Source of the DNA: a bacterium
Lineage (GTDB): Bacteria; Hinthialibacterota; Hinthialibacteria; Hinthialibacterales; Hinthialibacteraceae
Length of the DNA: 64,000 nucleotides
Assembly: GCA_963662285.2 (NCBI GenBank)
Contig: CAXXMV010000008.1
Location: forward strand, 448,001 to 512,000
Direction: 5' to 3'
Below, piece by piece: positions 20,470 to 30,773 of this stretch (positions within the stretch are counted from its first letter, which is position 1; every line of letters begins with the position of its first letter). The position numbers and the translations under genes were made by a program. The notes beneath the pieces were generated by a model that worked only from the letters and a program-made list of their open reading frames with translations, searched no databases and was not told where the DNA came from.

Positions 20470-21384
20470 ATGAAAAGTTGGAAATTTATCTTATCTCTAG
20501 CATTATGCATTATAGCAGCCCCTGCTTTTTCGATTGAATTGCAGCAGGGAGTCAATGGTTACGAAGGCACAGCAGATACCCATATCGTATCCTGGGATGG
20601 AAATCAGAACCAGTTAATCCGTTTGGCAGATGGATCAAATGGCGGTAATGGCAGCGGTACGGCCACAACCGGCGGCGATCCGCAGAATGCTGGCGGCCAT
20701 AATTTCCTTGAAGAAGGCGACTATGGAGATCCTGCTCCTTTGTATGAAGACAGCAAGTGCATCCTGATCAAGTTTGATCTGACCAACATTTCTGGTAATG
20801 TTTCAAGCGCCAAAATCGGACTGTATTACTGGTATGAACGCAGTACTGGCAGCGACGCTACTGAATTAAGCGGCACCAAAAAAGCAGCTCATGCGCTTTA
20901 TGTAAATCGCATCTTGAAGGATTGGGCTGAAGGCGATACGAATACAGGCGTTGACGGATCAGACGCTCCTGATAACAGCGGTCTTGTATCATGGAACTCA
21001 ACTGGTTATGAACTATGGCAGGCGATGGGTGTTGAAGGCCCGGAAGATATCGCTCCGACCGAAAGCACAACCCAATTTGATCCAGCCGTTGGTGGATGGA
21101 CCTGGTTTGACGTAACTGAAAGCGTAAAGTTCTGGTTAGCGAATCCAGACAAGAACTTTGGAGTAAAGATTGGCCAGGAAGAATATCCTGTGAATGCCAA
21201 AGCGCCGGATCTTACATTACCTGATGGAACTGTAGTTTATTCCGCAGGACCGACGGATACCCCAACTGGTTTCCAAGCTGGCGCTCATGACTTTGTTTCC
21301 AGCGAAAACTCTATGGTCGATTTACGACCGAAGTTAGTTATTGAAGGCGCCTCAAACGCCATCGATTGGGAACTGATGAAATAA
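20470..21384 (+). CDS. Secreted DNRLRE/CBM96-like domain protein with C-terminal WELM tail
   Basis: Signal peptide; LQQGVNGYEGTADT, LIKFDL, W.EG, FDVT..V..W...P..NFG, SSE.....RPKLVI; ends SNAIDWELMK. Confidence 0.75.
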   Translation: MKSWKFILSLALCIIAAPAFSIELQQGVNGYEGTADTHIVSWDGNQNQLIRLADGSNGGNGSGTATTGGDPQNAGGHNFLEEGDYGDPAPLYEDSKCILIKFDLTNISGNVSSAKIGLYYWYERSTGSDATELSGTKKAAHALYVNRILKDWAEGDTNTGVDGSDAPDNSGLVSWNSTGYELWQAMGVEGPEDIAPTESTTQFDPAVGGWTWFDVTESVKFWLANPDKNFGVKIGQEEYPVNAKAPDLTLPDGTVVYSAGPTDTPTGFQAGAHDFVSSENSMVDLRPKLVIEGASNAIDWELMK

Positions 21385-21408
21385 GCCATTCTCTTTAATG
21401 TTATAATC

Positions 21409-21444
21409 AAAAAGCCTGGGATGGATATATCCCAGGCTTTTTTT
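21409..21444 (+). terminator. Rho-independent terminator
   Basis: AAAGCCTGGGAT...ATCCCAGGCTTTTTTT. Confidence 0.8.
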
Positions 21445-21656
21445 ATTACTTCTCAGCAATAATTTATGAAAAAAAAACTAAAACGCCCCTAATCTATTCC
21501 AACATTGAGAAAGAATTTAAGAGGAAAACAAAACCAAAGATTCCAAAACGTATACAGTTTTATCAATAGATATAGTTATAAAAGGCATTATTCAATCCCA
21601 AATCTATTTTTTATATAAAAAGGCGTAAAAAGATGAGTATTTTCCTCCCCCATCCA

Positions 21657-21686
21657 TTGACCTAAGATTCGATTGTATTAGATAAT
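21657..21686 (+). promoter_or_regulatory. Putative sigma70 promoter for the 21816 gene
   Basis: TTGACC-N18-GATAAT. Confidence 0.35.
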
Positions 21687-21815
21687 AGGAAACATTACAT
21701 GCGGAACTCGTCTTATACCCGGTTAGGCAACATAAATTTATTCTATAGGGTAATTTGAGTATCCGCGCCAATAATGGATTATCTTAATCCATTAAATAGA
21801 TAGGGGAGATAACAT

Positions 21816-23198
21816 ATGAAAAAAGGATTTAAAGTATTCGGGATTCTGGCTTGCATGATACTGCTAGTTGGATCAGGGGCGATGGCGCAAGTAGGCGTCT
21901 TCGAAAACACGGTAACGCTGGATGCCGCAAATGATACTACTGCCGTTCCCGGCAGTATTACATTGGATGGCGGAACGTACACGATCCAGGGTAACGGAGC
22001 AGACATCTGGGGAACAGGCGATGAAGCTTTCTTCGCTTACACAGAACTAGCTGGTTCCAACACCATAACTGCCAAAGTCAAATGGATTCAGGCTAAAGGC
22101 GATGCAGCAGGTGGAAGCGACTGGGCTAAAATAGGCGTCATGGTTCGTGATGCTGCTGAAGATCCTGCATCAGCGCATTATTGGATCGAATTGCGTTGCG
22201 GCGCTGGCGATCCAGCCCTAGGCGACCAAACAGACGCTCAGTGGCGTCCCACAGCCGGATCATCATCCAGCAATGTTGAAGTTTTGCAAACTGATGGTTC
22301 TAAACTTGCTTCTCCTGATGGCGTATGGCTTCGCGTAACCCGTAATGCAGCAACCAACGAGATGACATCCGAATTTTCGATGGATGGAAAGAATTGGAAT
22401 TTTGGCGACACTCAGACAATTGAAATGAGTGAAACAGCAGCCTATGGTTTGATCATTACATCTCACACCAATGATGATCAGATCGTTATCGCTGAAGCCA
22501 GTGATGTTGCTATCACACAAAGCAATGTAGGCGTCTTCGATCATACCGTAACACTGGATGCCGAAAATAGTACTACTGCCGAAATTGGCAGTATCTCATT
22601 GATTGGCGACACATACACAATCCAGGGTAACGGAGCAGACATCTGGGGCACAGGCGATGAAGCGTTCTTCGCTTACACTGAACTGGCTGGCTCCAACACT
22701 ATCAGCGCTAAAGTCAAATGGATTCAGACTAAAGGCGATGCAGCCGGTGGAAGCGACTGGGCTAAGATTGGCGTTATGGTCCGTGATACTGCAACAGATC
22801 CTGGCTCAACACATTATTGGATCGAAATGCGCGGCGGCGCCGGCGATCCAGCTACTGGCGACCAGACAGATGCTCAGTGGCGTGATGTAGCTGACGCCGA
22901 TTCCGGTAATGTTGAAATATTACAAGCCGACGGTTCTAAACTTGCTGCGGCTGATGGCGTATGGCTTCGCGTAACCCGTAATGCAGAAAACAACGAACTC
23001 ACTTCCGAATATTCCATGGATGGAGCAGATTGGATTTTTGCTAACTCCAGAACTATCGAAATGAGTGAAACAGTTGCGTATGGTTTGATCATTACCTCTC
23101 ACACCAATGATGATCAGATCGTTATTGCTGAAGCTACTGATGTTTCTTTAGAAGAAGCTGTTATTTCTTCAACGGATAACTGGGAACTGTTCCGGTAA
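21816..23198 (+). CDS. Secreted protein with two tandem beta-sandwich (ConA-like/DUF1349-like) domains and WELF tail
   Basis: Signal peptide; two ~212-aa copies with GADIWGTGDE, WAKIGVMVRD, WLRVTR; ends SSTDNWELFR. Confidence 0.75.
   Translation: MKKGFKVFGILACMILLVGSGAMAQVGVFENTVTLDAANDTTAVPGSITLDGGTYTIQGNGADIWGTGDEAFFAYTELAGSNTITAKVKWIQAKGDAAGGSDWAKIGVMVRDAAEDPASAHYWIELRCGAGDPALGDQTDAQWRPTAGSSSSNVEVLQTDGSKLASPDGVWLRVTRNAATNEMTSEFSMDGKNWNFGDTQTIEMSETAAYGLIITSHTNDDQIVIAEASDVAITQSNVGVFDHTVTLDAENSTTAEIGSISLIGDTYTIQGNGADIWGTGDEAFFAYTELAGSNTISAKVKWIQTKGDAAGGSDWAKIGVMVRDTATDPGSTHYWIEMRGGAGDPATGDQTDAQWRDVADADSGNVEILQADGSKLAAADGVWLRVTRNAENNELTSEYSMDGADWIFANSRTIEMSETVAYGLIITSHTNDDQIVIAEATDVSLEEAVISSTDNWELFR
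21891..23145 (+). repeat. Intragenic tandem duplication, period 636 bp
   Basis: GTAGGCGTCTTCGA at 21891 and 22527; long near-identical DNA blocks. Confidence 0.9.
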
Positions 23199-23232
23199 TC
23201 TAAGCAATAGCGTATTTCTTAATAGCATCACC

Positions 23233-23262
23233 ACGGCCCGGATTCTTCCGGGCCGTTTTTTT
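23233..23262 (+). terminator. Rho-independent terminator
   Basis: ACGGCCCGGA-ttct-TCCGGGCCGT-TTTTTT. Confidence 0.85.
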
Positions 23263-23400
23263 ATTTTGGATAGATGTTTTTGAGAGTATTTAGGACACTT
23301 AGGTCTTTGATTTTTTCCCCTCACCCTAGCCCTCTCCCGGCGGGCTGATCCCCGTACACAAATCAAAAGAGGAAAATGAAACGGGGAGCATAATAGAATG

Positions 23401-23723
23401 GGGAGCATCGGCTTCTAGCCGGTGCGTCAAATAGAATAGAATGAGCCCCATTACGCATAATCATTTCCATGGAAATAGGGGGATGAAAAATGAATAACCG
23501 ATTTGTGTTGTGAAGCCGGATCACGTGCACATACTCCTTACGCTATTAGAAATTCCAAACCTTGGATATCATTCGATCACAACAATACTTCATAGCATTA
23601 AAAGTAATTCATCAATAAAAGCAAACTGGTTAGGAAGGGATTGGTTGAAATTGTGGAAAAGTTTCCTTTTTTGTGTGAAGAGAACCGACGGGATTGGCGT
23701 ACCGGCTAGAAGCCGATGCTCCC
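23401..23723 (+). pseudogene. Decayed REP-associated tyrosine transposase (RAYT/IS200-like) fragment between 30-bp inverted repeats
   Basis: ORF remnant KPDHVHILL...ILHSIKSNS (HUH motif); GGGAGCATCGGCTTCTAGCCGGT at 23401 and inverted copy ending 23723. Confidence 0.65.
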
Positions 23724-23879
23724 CTGTTTGATGCTCTCTGGTTATTGATAGAGTGTTTTTTCAGTTTATCAGAGGTAGGTGTATTGCCACTGCTTCAATT
23801 TCACAACAATATGTACGGAGAGTAGCCCTCCGAGAGAGAGGACTTGATTATCCAATGTTATTTATTGGACATATTAGGA

Positions 23880-26800
23880 TCATCTGGTTTCGCGGATGAC
23901 GCGGAAGCCTACATTATATACCGGCAGGAATTTATGGTAATAGACTTTATGATTTGAACTGGCAAATTTGGGACGGTCATACCATGAGCCGCCTTTGACA
24001 ACTTTTCTGTCATTCATTTCATTAGCCGTTGAGCTTGTCCATTCCGCCGCATTGCCATGCATATCATAGAGTCCCCAGGGATTGGGCTGATATGTTCCAA
24101 CTGGAGCAGATACGCGATATTGATCGTTATAGGAGCTTATGGCAGGTCTCCATGTGGGGATAGCGCCTGAGGGCAACCCCCAGCCGAAGGTATCTACTTT
24201 ATGGAATGATGCATCAGCTAGATTGGCGTATTTGGAGAAATCCACTGTATGACCGCCATACCACATGGCGGAGTCCGATCCCGCACGGCATGCATATTCC
24301 CACTGGGCTTCATCGGGTAGAGTGAAATGCTCGCCCGTTTTTTCCGACAACCAGCGGCAAAAAGCCATAGCATCATTCCATGATACGCGCACTACCGGCT
24401 GACGAGTGGTGTTGAGAGGATAGCCGCGCTCCTCAATGCTGAATTGTAAAAAGTCTCCATGTTCCAAGCGGCTGTCATGGGATGGATCGAACAACTGATA
24501 TTGCTGGTTGGTTATTTCATAAGCGCTTATCCAGTAGGGATCATTAATTCTCACGGTTGGTTTATCAGACGCCGATGCAAATTCACCTGAGGGAATCAGC
24601 ATCATCGGCATATCAATACCTTCACCCAGATCAATAGCGTCCTGATAATCGCCTAGTGAAGCCTGACGCGCCCTGGCTTGTTGCTGGTTGAATGACCAAG
24701 CATTAGTAGACTGCTTTATTGCAGGAATTCCTCTGGGATGCGGCGGCGTTGAATTATCCATTATCAGCGCAGGTTGGTTAATTTCTTCAGGGTCTTCGTC
24801 AATATTGGCGTATTGCTTTAACATGGCCAGCCGACGGTCGCGCTGATGAAACACATTCTGGTCGCCTACGATTTCCCGCCATGTTCCATGAGCTGGAGTG
24901 TTCAAGTCGATCCAGGTAATCAAACGATCCCAGGCTTCTGCGCTTAAATCGACGTCATGATGACCTTGGCTTAACATCTGAACCAATTGAGTGCTGTCCG
25001 CATGAAACTCTCCGGGAGGCAATAAATGTAGATCGCTCTCAATGGTCGGCGCACGAACATAGCGCCGTAATGCTATGTAAGACGGAGGGAATTTTGTTCC
25101 ATTATTGTAGGTAGCATTACCCCCTTTAGGGTGAACCGATGGGAGAGAGCGAAAATCAGGCGTCTCCATTTCCGGAAGCGAGGTTCCATCATGGCATCTA
25201 ATGCAATATTTATCCAAAACAGGCTGAACCTCTCTGATAAAGGAGAAACCGCGGGTGGGGCCGTACCAAGGCTGTATCTGTGAAGGCTGGCGCTGAAGAG
25301 CCAGGGCTGACATAACTGGAGGAGCGGTGTTTTGTTGTTCATGGCAACCGACGCAGGTCAGAATTTCTCCCGGCATGGCGGTCATCCAGCTGCGCATCAG
25401 TTGCAAGGCTTTGCCTTCTTCATCCAAAGGTTGCAGTGAAATAGGCGTATTGGCGGGGACCGAAAAATAGGCCGAGCCATCCTCTTCCACAGGAACTTCA
25501 CCGATGACTCTTTTTATATCCCAGGGACCATCCAGACCTACGCGGCTTATCTGGCCGCCCATGCCATGATAAGCGAAATGATAGGTGAACAGACGTAGTT
25601 TCTTGACTGTACCTTGCGGGACGCCTTTAAGACCGCCGCCTTTATATATATCTGTAAAATAGACCAGCGCATCCTTACGTTCAGGTTGTACTTTACTTGG
25701 AATAACTGGTGGAGCCGGTATTTTCTTAAACGGGATAGGCTCCAGCAAGGCGTAATCTTCAAGTTCCTTGATCAGCGTCATATTATCAAAGACATCGACC
25801 AGATAAATCCCCCAATTGGCGCCGGGCGATGGTTTACATGAAGTGATAATGTACTTGTCGCTCAGCGGCCAGGGGTGCAGAAATTTTGGCCAGCTTTTTT
25901 TGATAAGATCGTCTTGAATTATCGGCGCCACTTTCACGCCGCGACCGGGAATGCGCTGAATCACGCCATCCGCTTCACGGCGGCCTTTAGCGGGATCGAA
26001 GAGCACCAATTCACCCATGCGCGGTTCGTCGTGATGACCTCCGATTACGGCGACGAATTTGGTTGGATGATTGGGAACCGGCCTGGCGTAGAACATTGAG
26101 TTAGGCCAATAGGAGTTGCTGCCGTAATACTCCATTTGGCTGGTTCCATCAGGATTCATGTGGAAAAGTATGCGCGAGACGAAATGGGGGATGTCAGAAT
26201 ATTCCCAGCGTAAATATAGAATCCGGCCATTATTCAATACAGTCGGACACCAGTCATGATCCTGTTCAAAAGTCAAACGCCTGATATTATTGGTCTGCAA
26301 ATCAAACAGATACATGTTAGATACATGAGCCGATCCCGATACGCATGGCACCCCGATGAATGGCGCGGTTGAGGTGAAGATAATATTTCCGTCAGGTAAG
26401 TAACATGCGTCATAATTATCCACATCGGGCTGCTCTATCAGTGATAATTGCCGGATGTCCCGTCCATCAGCGCTCAATTCAAAAATCTGCCAGCGTCCAT
26501 TGTCGCCCGGCATAGAGAAAAGCATACGGTCCGCATCAAAATCCAGATCGATATCTCCCACGAAGCGGTCTTTTTCCGGCTTGAATAATGTGGTTAGTTG
26601 TCCTGATGGAGATAATGGGGAAAGAAGAACGATTTGATTATGGTAGCCCTGTTGGGGGATGCTGGAATTACTTTCCCAGTTCATGGGTAATCCCAGTTTT
26701 TCGCCGTCCCGCTTAATCATGAGTAATTGCTCGAAATCAATCAACGGATTAGCGAGCAGCGCCTGACGCTGAAATTGGAGGATAGCATCCGCCTGTTGAA

Positions 26801-27068
26801 GTGAGTTAGTTTTCTTTTGCTCAAGAGCCTTTATTATGAATATTCTATTGGATTTATATTCATTCAACTGTTCCAGGTATGATGCGGGATATTGATTGGG
26901 ATAAGTCTCTATAAGGTCTTCAATAGCCAACCGCAGGGATGCGAAATTGATCTGACCGACTTGTGTTATCTTCTCCTGGTATATATCTGCTCCATCACAT
27001 TGATAAGGAAATATCAAGCATGATATCAGCCAGGAACCACTTAACAATAAAAGCGTATATTTTTTCAT
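23880..27068 (-). CDS. Secreted HzsA-like beta-propeller/c-type heme protein fused to an FGE-sulfatase (SUMF1) domain
   Basis: YLPDGNIIFTS, GRILYLRWEY, VPVEEDGSAYF.VPA, CVGCH and CIRCH, FGE motifs LPDEAQWEYACRAG, NPWGLYDMHGN, GFRV. Confidence 0.8.
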   Translation of the reverse strand: MKKYTLLLLSGSWLISCLIFPYQCDGADIYQEKITQVGQINFASLRLAIEDLIETYPNQYPASYLEQLNEYKSNRIFIIKALEQKKTNSLQQADAILQFQRQALLANPLIDFEQLLMIKRDGEKLGLPMNWESNSSIPQQGYHNQIVLLSPLSPSGQLTTLFKPEKDRFVGDIDLDFDADRMLFSMPGDNGRWQIFELSADGRDIRQLSLIEQPDVDNYDACYLPDGNIIFTSTAPFIGVPCVSGSAHVSNMYLFDLQTNNIRRLTFEQDHDWCPTVLNNGRILYLRWEYSDIPHFVSRILFHMNPDGTSQMEYYGSNSYWPNSMFYARPVPNHPTKFVAVIGGHHDEPRMGELVLFDPAKGRREADGVIQRIPGRGVKVAPIIQDDLIKKSWPKFLHPWPLSDKYIITSCKPSPGANWGIYLVDVFDNMTLIKELEDYALLEPIPFKKIPAPPVIPSKVQPERKDALVYFTDIYKGGGLKGVPQGTVKKLRLFTYHFAYHGMGGQISRVGLDGPWDIKRVIGEVPVEEDGSAYFSVPANTPISLQPLDEEGKALQLMRSWMTAMPGEILTCVGCHEQQNTAPPVMSALALQRQPSQIQPWYGPTRGFSFIREVQPVLDKYCIRCHDGTSLPEMETPDFRSLPSVHPKGGNATYNNGTKFPPSYIALRRYVRAPTIESDLHLLPPGEFHADSTQLVQMLSQGHHDVDLSAEAWDRLITWIDLNTPAHGTWREIVGDQNVFHQRDRRLAMLKQYANIDEDPEEINQPALIMDNSTPPHPRGIPAIKQSTNAWSFNQQQARARQASLGDYQDAIDLGEGIDMPMMLIPSGEFASASDKPTVRINDPYWISAYEITNQQYQLFDPSHDSRLEHGDFLQFSIEERGYPLNTTRQPVVRVSWNDAMAFCRWLSEKTGEHFTLPDEAQWEYACRAGSDSAMWYGGHTVDFSKYANLADASFHKVDTFGWGLPSGAIPTWRPAISSYNDQYRVSAPVGTYQPNPWGLYDMHGNAAEWTSSTANEMNDRKVVKGGSWYDRPKFASSNHKVYYHKFLPVYNVGFRVIRETR

Positions 27069-27192
27069 TTGATGATTTGCATCCAATTTTTAGTTATTTA
27101 CATGAAATCAGTAATTTATTATAGAGGGTATTGAGTATCATTAGAGATAAAGAGAGAGGAAAAGTCAAGCAGACAATTAAGTAATAAAGTAT

Positions 27193-27242
27193 ACAGGCAT
27201 TTCCCCGCCCTGATCCAATTAAGGCGGAGAAATGCCTGTTTT
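27193..27242. terminator. Hairpin downstream of cysK, probable terminator
   Basis: ACAGGCATTTC.CCGCC...GGCGGAGAAATGCCTGT. Confidence 0.55.
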
Positions 27243-27259
27243 AACCAAACAATAATCCG

Positions 27260-28147
27260 CTACAAAAGCGCGGTGCTGAAATAGCGCTCGGCGCGGTCGG
27301 GAAGAACGGTGGTGATATTCCCTTCAATTTTTTTAGCGAGTTGACGTGCAGCCCAGATGTTCGCTCCAGAGGAGATGCCAACCAGAAGACCATAATCGCC
27401 ACTCAATTTTCTGGTTGTATCAATAGCGTCTTCATCGGTCACTTCAATCACATCATCAACTATGGAAACATCCAGTATGGCAGGAATGAAGCCGTCGCCG
27501 ATGCCCTGAATCTGATGAAGTCCCGGCTCGTGTCCCAACAGGGCGGAAACATTTTTTGGTTCGACGGCGACAATCTTAACATCGGGTTTATGTTCTTTTA
27601 GAAATTTGCCGATGCCTTGCAGTGAACCGCCGCTGCCGACTCCAGCTACGAAACAGGATATATCGCCAGTCATCTGGCGCCACAATTCATGAGCGGTTTC
27701 TTCGTAATGAACCTTTGGATTATCTGGATTCTCGAACTGCTGGGGAACGAAAACGCGGGGATCTTCCACAGCCATCTGATTAACCAATTCGACAGCGCCG
27801 TTGATGCTTTTTTCAGCGGGAGTCAAGATCAGCTCAGCGCCAAGGATGCGAATCAATTTTTTGCGCTCTTCGCTCATGTTTTCGGGCATAACGATGCGAA
27901 CCGCATATCCCTTGAGACGAGCTACCAGAGCGATTCCAATGCCTGTGTTGCCCGAAGTCGGTTCGGTTATTATTGAGTCGGGTTTCAACAGTCCATCCCG
28001 CTCGGCGCCTTCCAGCATGGCCAAAGCCACCCGGTCTTTGATGCTGCCGCCGGGATTTAGGAATTCGAGTTTGGCGAAAATATTTTCGCCCTTCAACTGA
28101 AAAAGTGGAGTGTTGCCAATCAGATCAAGAATATTATCAGTTATCAT
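27260..28147 (-). CDS. cysK: Cysteine synthase (O-acetylserine sulfhydrylase)
   Basis: IGNTPL, KLEFLNPGGSIKDR, EPTSGNTG, HQIQGIG, GISSGA, PDRAERYFST. Confidence 0.92.
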   Translation of the reverse strand: MITDNILDLIGNTPLFQLKGENIFAKLEFLNPGGSIKDRVALAMLEGAERDGLLKPDSIITEPTSGNTGIGIALVARLKGYAVRIVMPENMSEERKKLIRILGAELILTPAEKSINGAVELVNQMAVEDPRVFVPQQFENPDNPKVHYEETAHELWRQMTGDISCFVAGVGSGGSLQGIGKFLKEHKPDVKIVAVEPKNVSALLGHEPGLHQIQGIGDGFIPAILDVSIVDDVIEVTDEDAIDTTRKLSGDYGLLVGISSGANIWAARQLAKKIEGNITTVLPDRAERYFSTALL

Positions 28148-28189
28148 TAATACACCTTATACAAATTCTCAAATTTAGACGATTCGTTT

Positions 28190-29011
28190 TTAATACAAAC
28201 TCCAGTGTGAAACATAAGAGGCGTGCACACAATAGTCATCAGTAAGTGTAACCGAGTATACATCAACCTCTGCGCCAATGCGGATTATAAATTCACTCAT
28301 TCCGATGTGGTTATCCGTCTTTCCCCAATCATAGGTATAACCGAGACGGGTCCAGGGGTATCCATTTTCTCCATACATAGATGCTTTTGTATCATTAAAC
28401 CATTGCTTGTGCTCTTCACTCACCCCAGCGGGGAAATCCAGAGTGGCTGCGTTATTAGTTATATCAGGATCGGGAGTAGGTCGAAACAGGTCTTCAGGAC
28501 TTACCCAGAATTCCACAAAACGGGTTTTACCATTATCAGGCGGCAAGCCAAGCAGTTGTTCGAGACGTAAATCCAAATCATTGGCTGGTATTTGGTTTTG
28601 CTGGCAGAACTTTTGTAATTCCGGCACGGCGGTGACCCAAATATCACGCGTGGTTTCGTAGATACCCATAGTTGAGTTACCATTGGCGCCATTGGTTCGC
28701 GCTTGGATATACTGCGTCATGCGGATGGTTTTGCCAACCATACCGTCATAACCATCCCAGGAAGTCCAGGTAGTCATCAGGACTTTTTGATCGCCTGATT
28801 CACTGCTCCAGACAAGATTGTTGTTGTCTTCTGTAATAGAGATCAGATCATAATAGATTTCATCTGCTTCAGCGATTTCTGCATCATTAACCGCCGCCTG
28901 GAAGGCTTGTTGAAGTTCCTCTTCTGAAGCCGCATATAAAAAAGGTGCGACCAATAGAGAAAGACAGGCGAGAAGCAGGAAGATAGCAAAAAAGCGATTG
29001 AATTTTTTCAT
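28190..29011 (-). CDS. Secreted hypothetical protein with C-terminal WSLY tail
   Basis: Signal peptide from ATG 29011; RLEQLLGLPP, FRP.PDP, YPWTRLGYTYDW; ends SYVSHWSLY. Confidence 0.75.
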   Translation of the reverse strand: MKKFNRFFAIFLLLACLSLLVAPFLYAASEEELQQAFQAAVNDAEIAEADEIYYDLISITEDNNNLVWSSESGDQKVLMTTWTSWDGYDGMVGKTIRMTQYIQARTNGANGNSTMGIYETTRDIWVTAVPELQKFCQQNQIPANDLDLRLEQLLGLPPDNGKTRFVEFWVSPEDLFRPTPDPDITNNAATLDFPAGVSEEHKQWFNDTKASMYGENGYPWTRLGYTYDWGKTDNHIGMSEFIIRIGAEVDVYSVTLTDDYCVHASYVSHWSLY

Positions 29012-29205
29012 TAATACCCTCTGGTAATTACATAAAATTTCTTGTTTTTCAGTATACAAACAATATATTCCCCGTTCGAGTGCTCTGAAATGATGATCCA
29101 AACTCAAGTCATACGATTTATTAACTGCTGCAACTATAAAGTTATCTTAATATGGTTTATGCTCTAAAAAATTAAAAACAACCTGGAATCCATGGAGGAA
29201 GAAGA

Positions 29206-30582
29206 ATGCGTACAACAAGCCAGATGAATAAATGTTTAGCAAGAGTATGCGTCTTTATTTTAATGATGATTATGACCGGGATTAATTTTACTCCCGACTG
29301 CGCGGCCTCTCCAGAAAATGCCATGCAGAATTACCTGCAACGAGCGGAACCGGACTATTCGTGGACTCTCAAAGATACCAATGAACTCAAAGGGATGAAG
29401 ATTTACGATCTTCATCTAGTCTCGCAAAAGTGGCAGGGGATAGTATGGACCCATCAACTGCGCATTTTCATCCCCAAAGATTGCAAAGCAGGCTCAGCCC
29501 TTCTGTTTATCTCAGGAGGCAGCAACAAAAACGGCAAACCCAATTGGGATAAATGGAACGGGGAAAAACCCGGTCTTATAGCTCAAATGGCTTTTAAGAC
29601 TAATCGCCCGGTTATCGCGCTAAAGCAGGTTCCCAATCAACCGCTGTATGGTGAAAAGGTGGAAGACGACCTGATATCGCATACTTTCCTTAAATATTTT
29701 GAGACCAAAGATGAGACATGGCCGCTGCTGCTGCCCATGACCAAAAGCGCCGTACAGGCCATGACGGCGATGCAGGAATTTTGCTCTAAAGAAATCAACC
29801 TGCCAATCAAAGGCTTCGTGGTCGCTGGAGGCTCCAAACGGGGATGGACCACATGGATGACCGGATCCAACGACAAACGGGTTATCGGCATTGGTCCGAT
29901 GGTGATTGATACCCTGAAGATGAATAAGCAAATGGATTACCAGTTGGAATGTTGGGGCAAGTATAGTGAACAAGTGGATGATTATACTAAAAAAGGCATC
30001 CAGGAAAAAATGAAAACTCCTGAAGGCAAGGATTTATTGAAAATCGCCGATCCATATTCCTATATCAAACAACTCAAGATACCTAAGTTGATCTTCATCG
30101 GCACCAATGATCCTTATTGGCCGGTAGACGCCATCAAACATTACTACAACGACCTTGTCGGAGAGAGTTATATTCATTACGTACCCAACGTGGGTCATGA
30201 TTTAGGCGATGGAGAGCAAGCAGTGAGATCATTGGCCGCCTTCTTTGACATCTGCGCATCGGGCGCCCAACATCCTAAATTGAAATGGTCCATGACTCAG
30301 GAAAATGGCGCCGCAGTATTGAAAGTTGATGCTGGCGGCGACGCCAAAGAAGCCAAACTGTGGACTGCGGCATCGAACGACCGGGATTTCCGTGATGATA
30401 AGTGGAATAATGAACCATGCAAAGACCGTGATGGATCGCAATTTACTTCCAGTATTATATTGCCCGATGAAGGATATAAAGCCCTCTATCTAGAAGTGAT
30501 CTACCCCAGCCCGGTAGAAAAGACATACTCAAAAACCAGCCGCATATTCGTGCTTGATCCGAAAGGCGTGGTTAGCGAATAA
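29206..30582 (+). CDS. PqaA-family (PhoPQ-activated pathogenicity-related) alpha/beta hydrolase
   Basis: SQKWQG..W.H, QVPNQPL, PMTKSA, GGSKRGWTTW, DPYSY, GTNDPYW, VPNVGH. Confidence 0.88.
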   Translation: MRTTSQMNKCLARVCVFILMMIMTGINFTPDCAASPENAMQNYLQRAEPDYSWTLKDTNELKGMKIYDLHLVSQKWQGIVWTHQLRIFIPKDCKAGSALLFISGGSNKNGKPNWDKWNGEKPGLIAQMAFKTNRPVIALKQVPNQPLYGEKVEDDLISHTFLKYFETKDETWPLLLPMTKSAVQAMTAMQEFCSKEINLPIKGFVVAGGSKRGWTTWMTGSNDKRVIGIGPMVIDTLKMNKQMDYQLECWGKYSEQVDDYTKKGIQEKMKTPEGKDLLKIADPYSYIKQLKIPKLIFIGTNDPYWPVDAIKHYYNDLVGESYIHYVPNVGHDLGDGEQAVRSLAAFFDICASGAQHPKLKWSMTQENGAAVLKVDAGGDAKEAKLWTAASNDRDFRDDKWNNEPCKDRDGSQFTSSIILPDEGYKALYLEVIYPSPVEKTYSKTSRIFVLDPKGVVSE

Positions 30583-30639
30583 CAGTTATCACAGATTAAC
30601 AGTATAAAAGGCTTCTGAGAAATTTCAGGAGCCTTTTTT
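30482..30639 (+). repeat. Direct repeat copy 1 (pqaA 3' end plus terminator)
   Basis: ~155-bp imperfect match to 31614-31772, including ATACTCAAAAACCAGCCGCATATTCGTGCTTGATCC. Confidence 0.9.
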
Positions 30640-30773
30640 CGCCATGGGACTTTATGGGCTACAACGATCCGCGGCTTATATCCCACCATCTCTGATACAT
30701 ATTTGGTTTAATGAGTGATTTGGCGTAATTAAATTTGTGATGTATAATTGTAGTAGACTGGAGGTGATTGGTT

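Noticed and set aside
23880-27068. Anammox hydrazine synthase
   Set aside because: FGE fusion, no hzsABC operon, and HzsA-like domains are widespread outside anammox bacteria.
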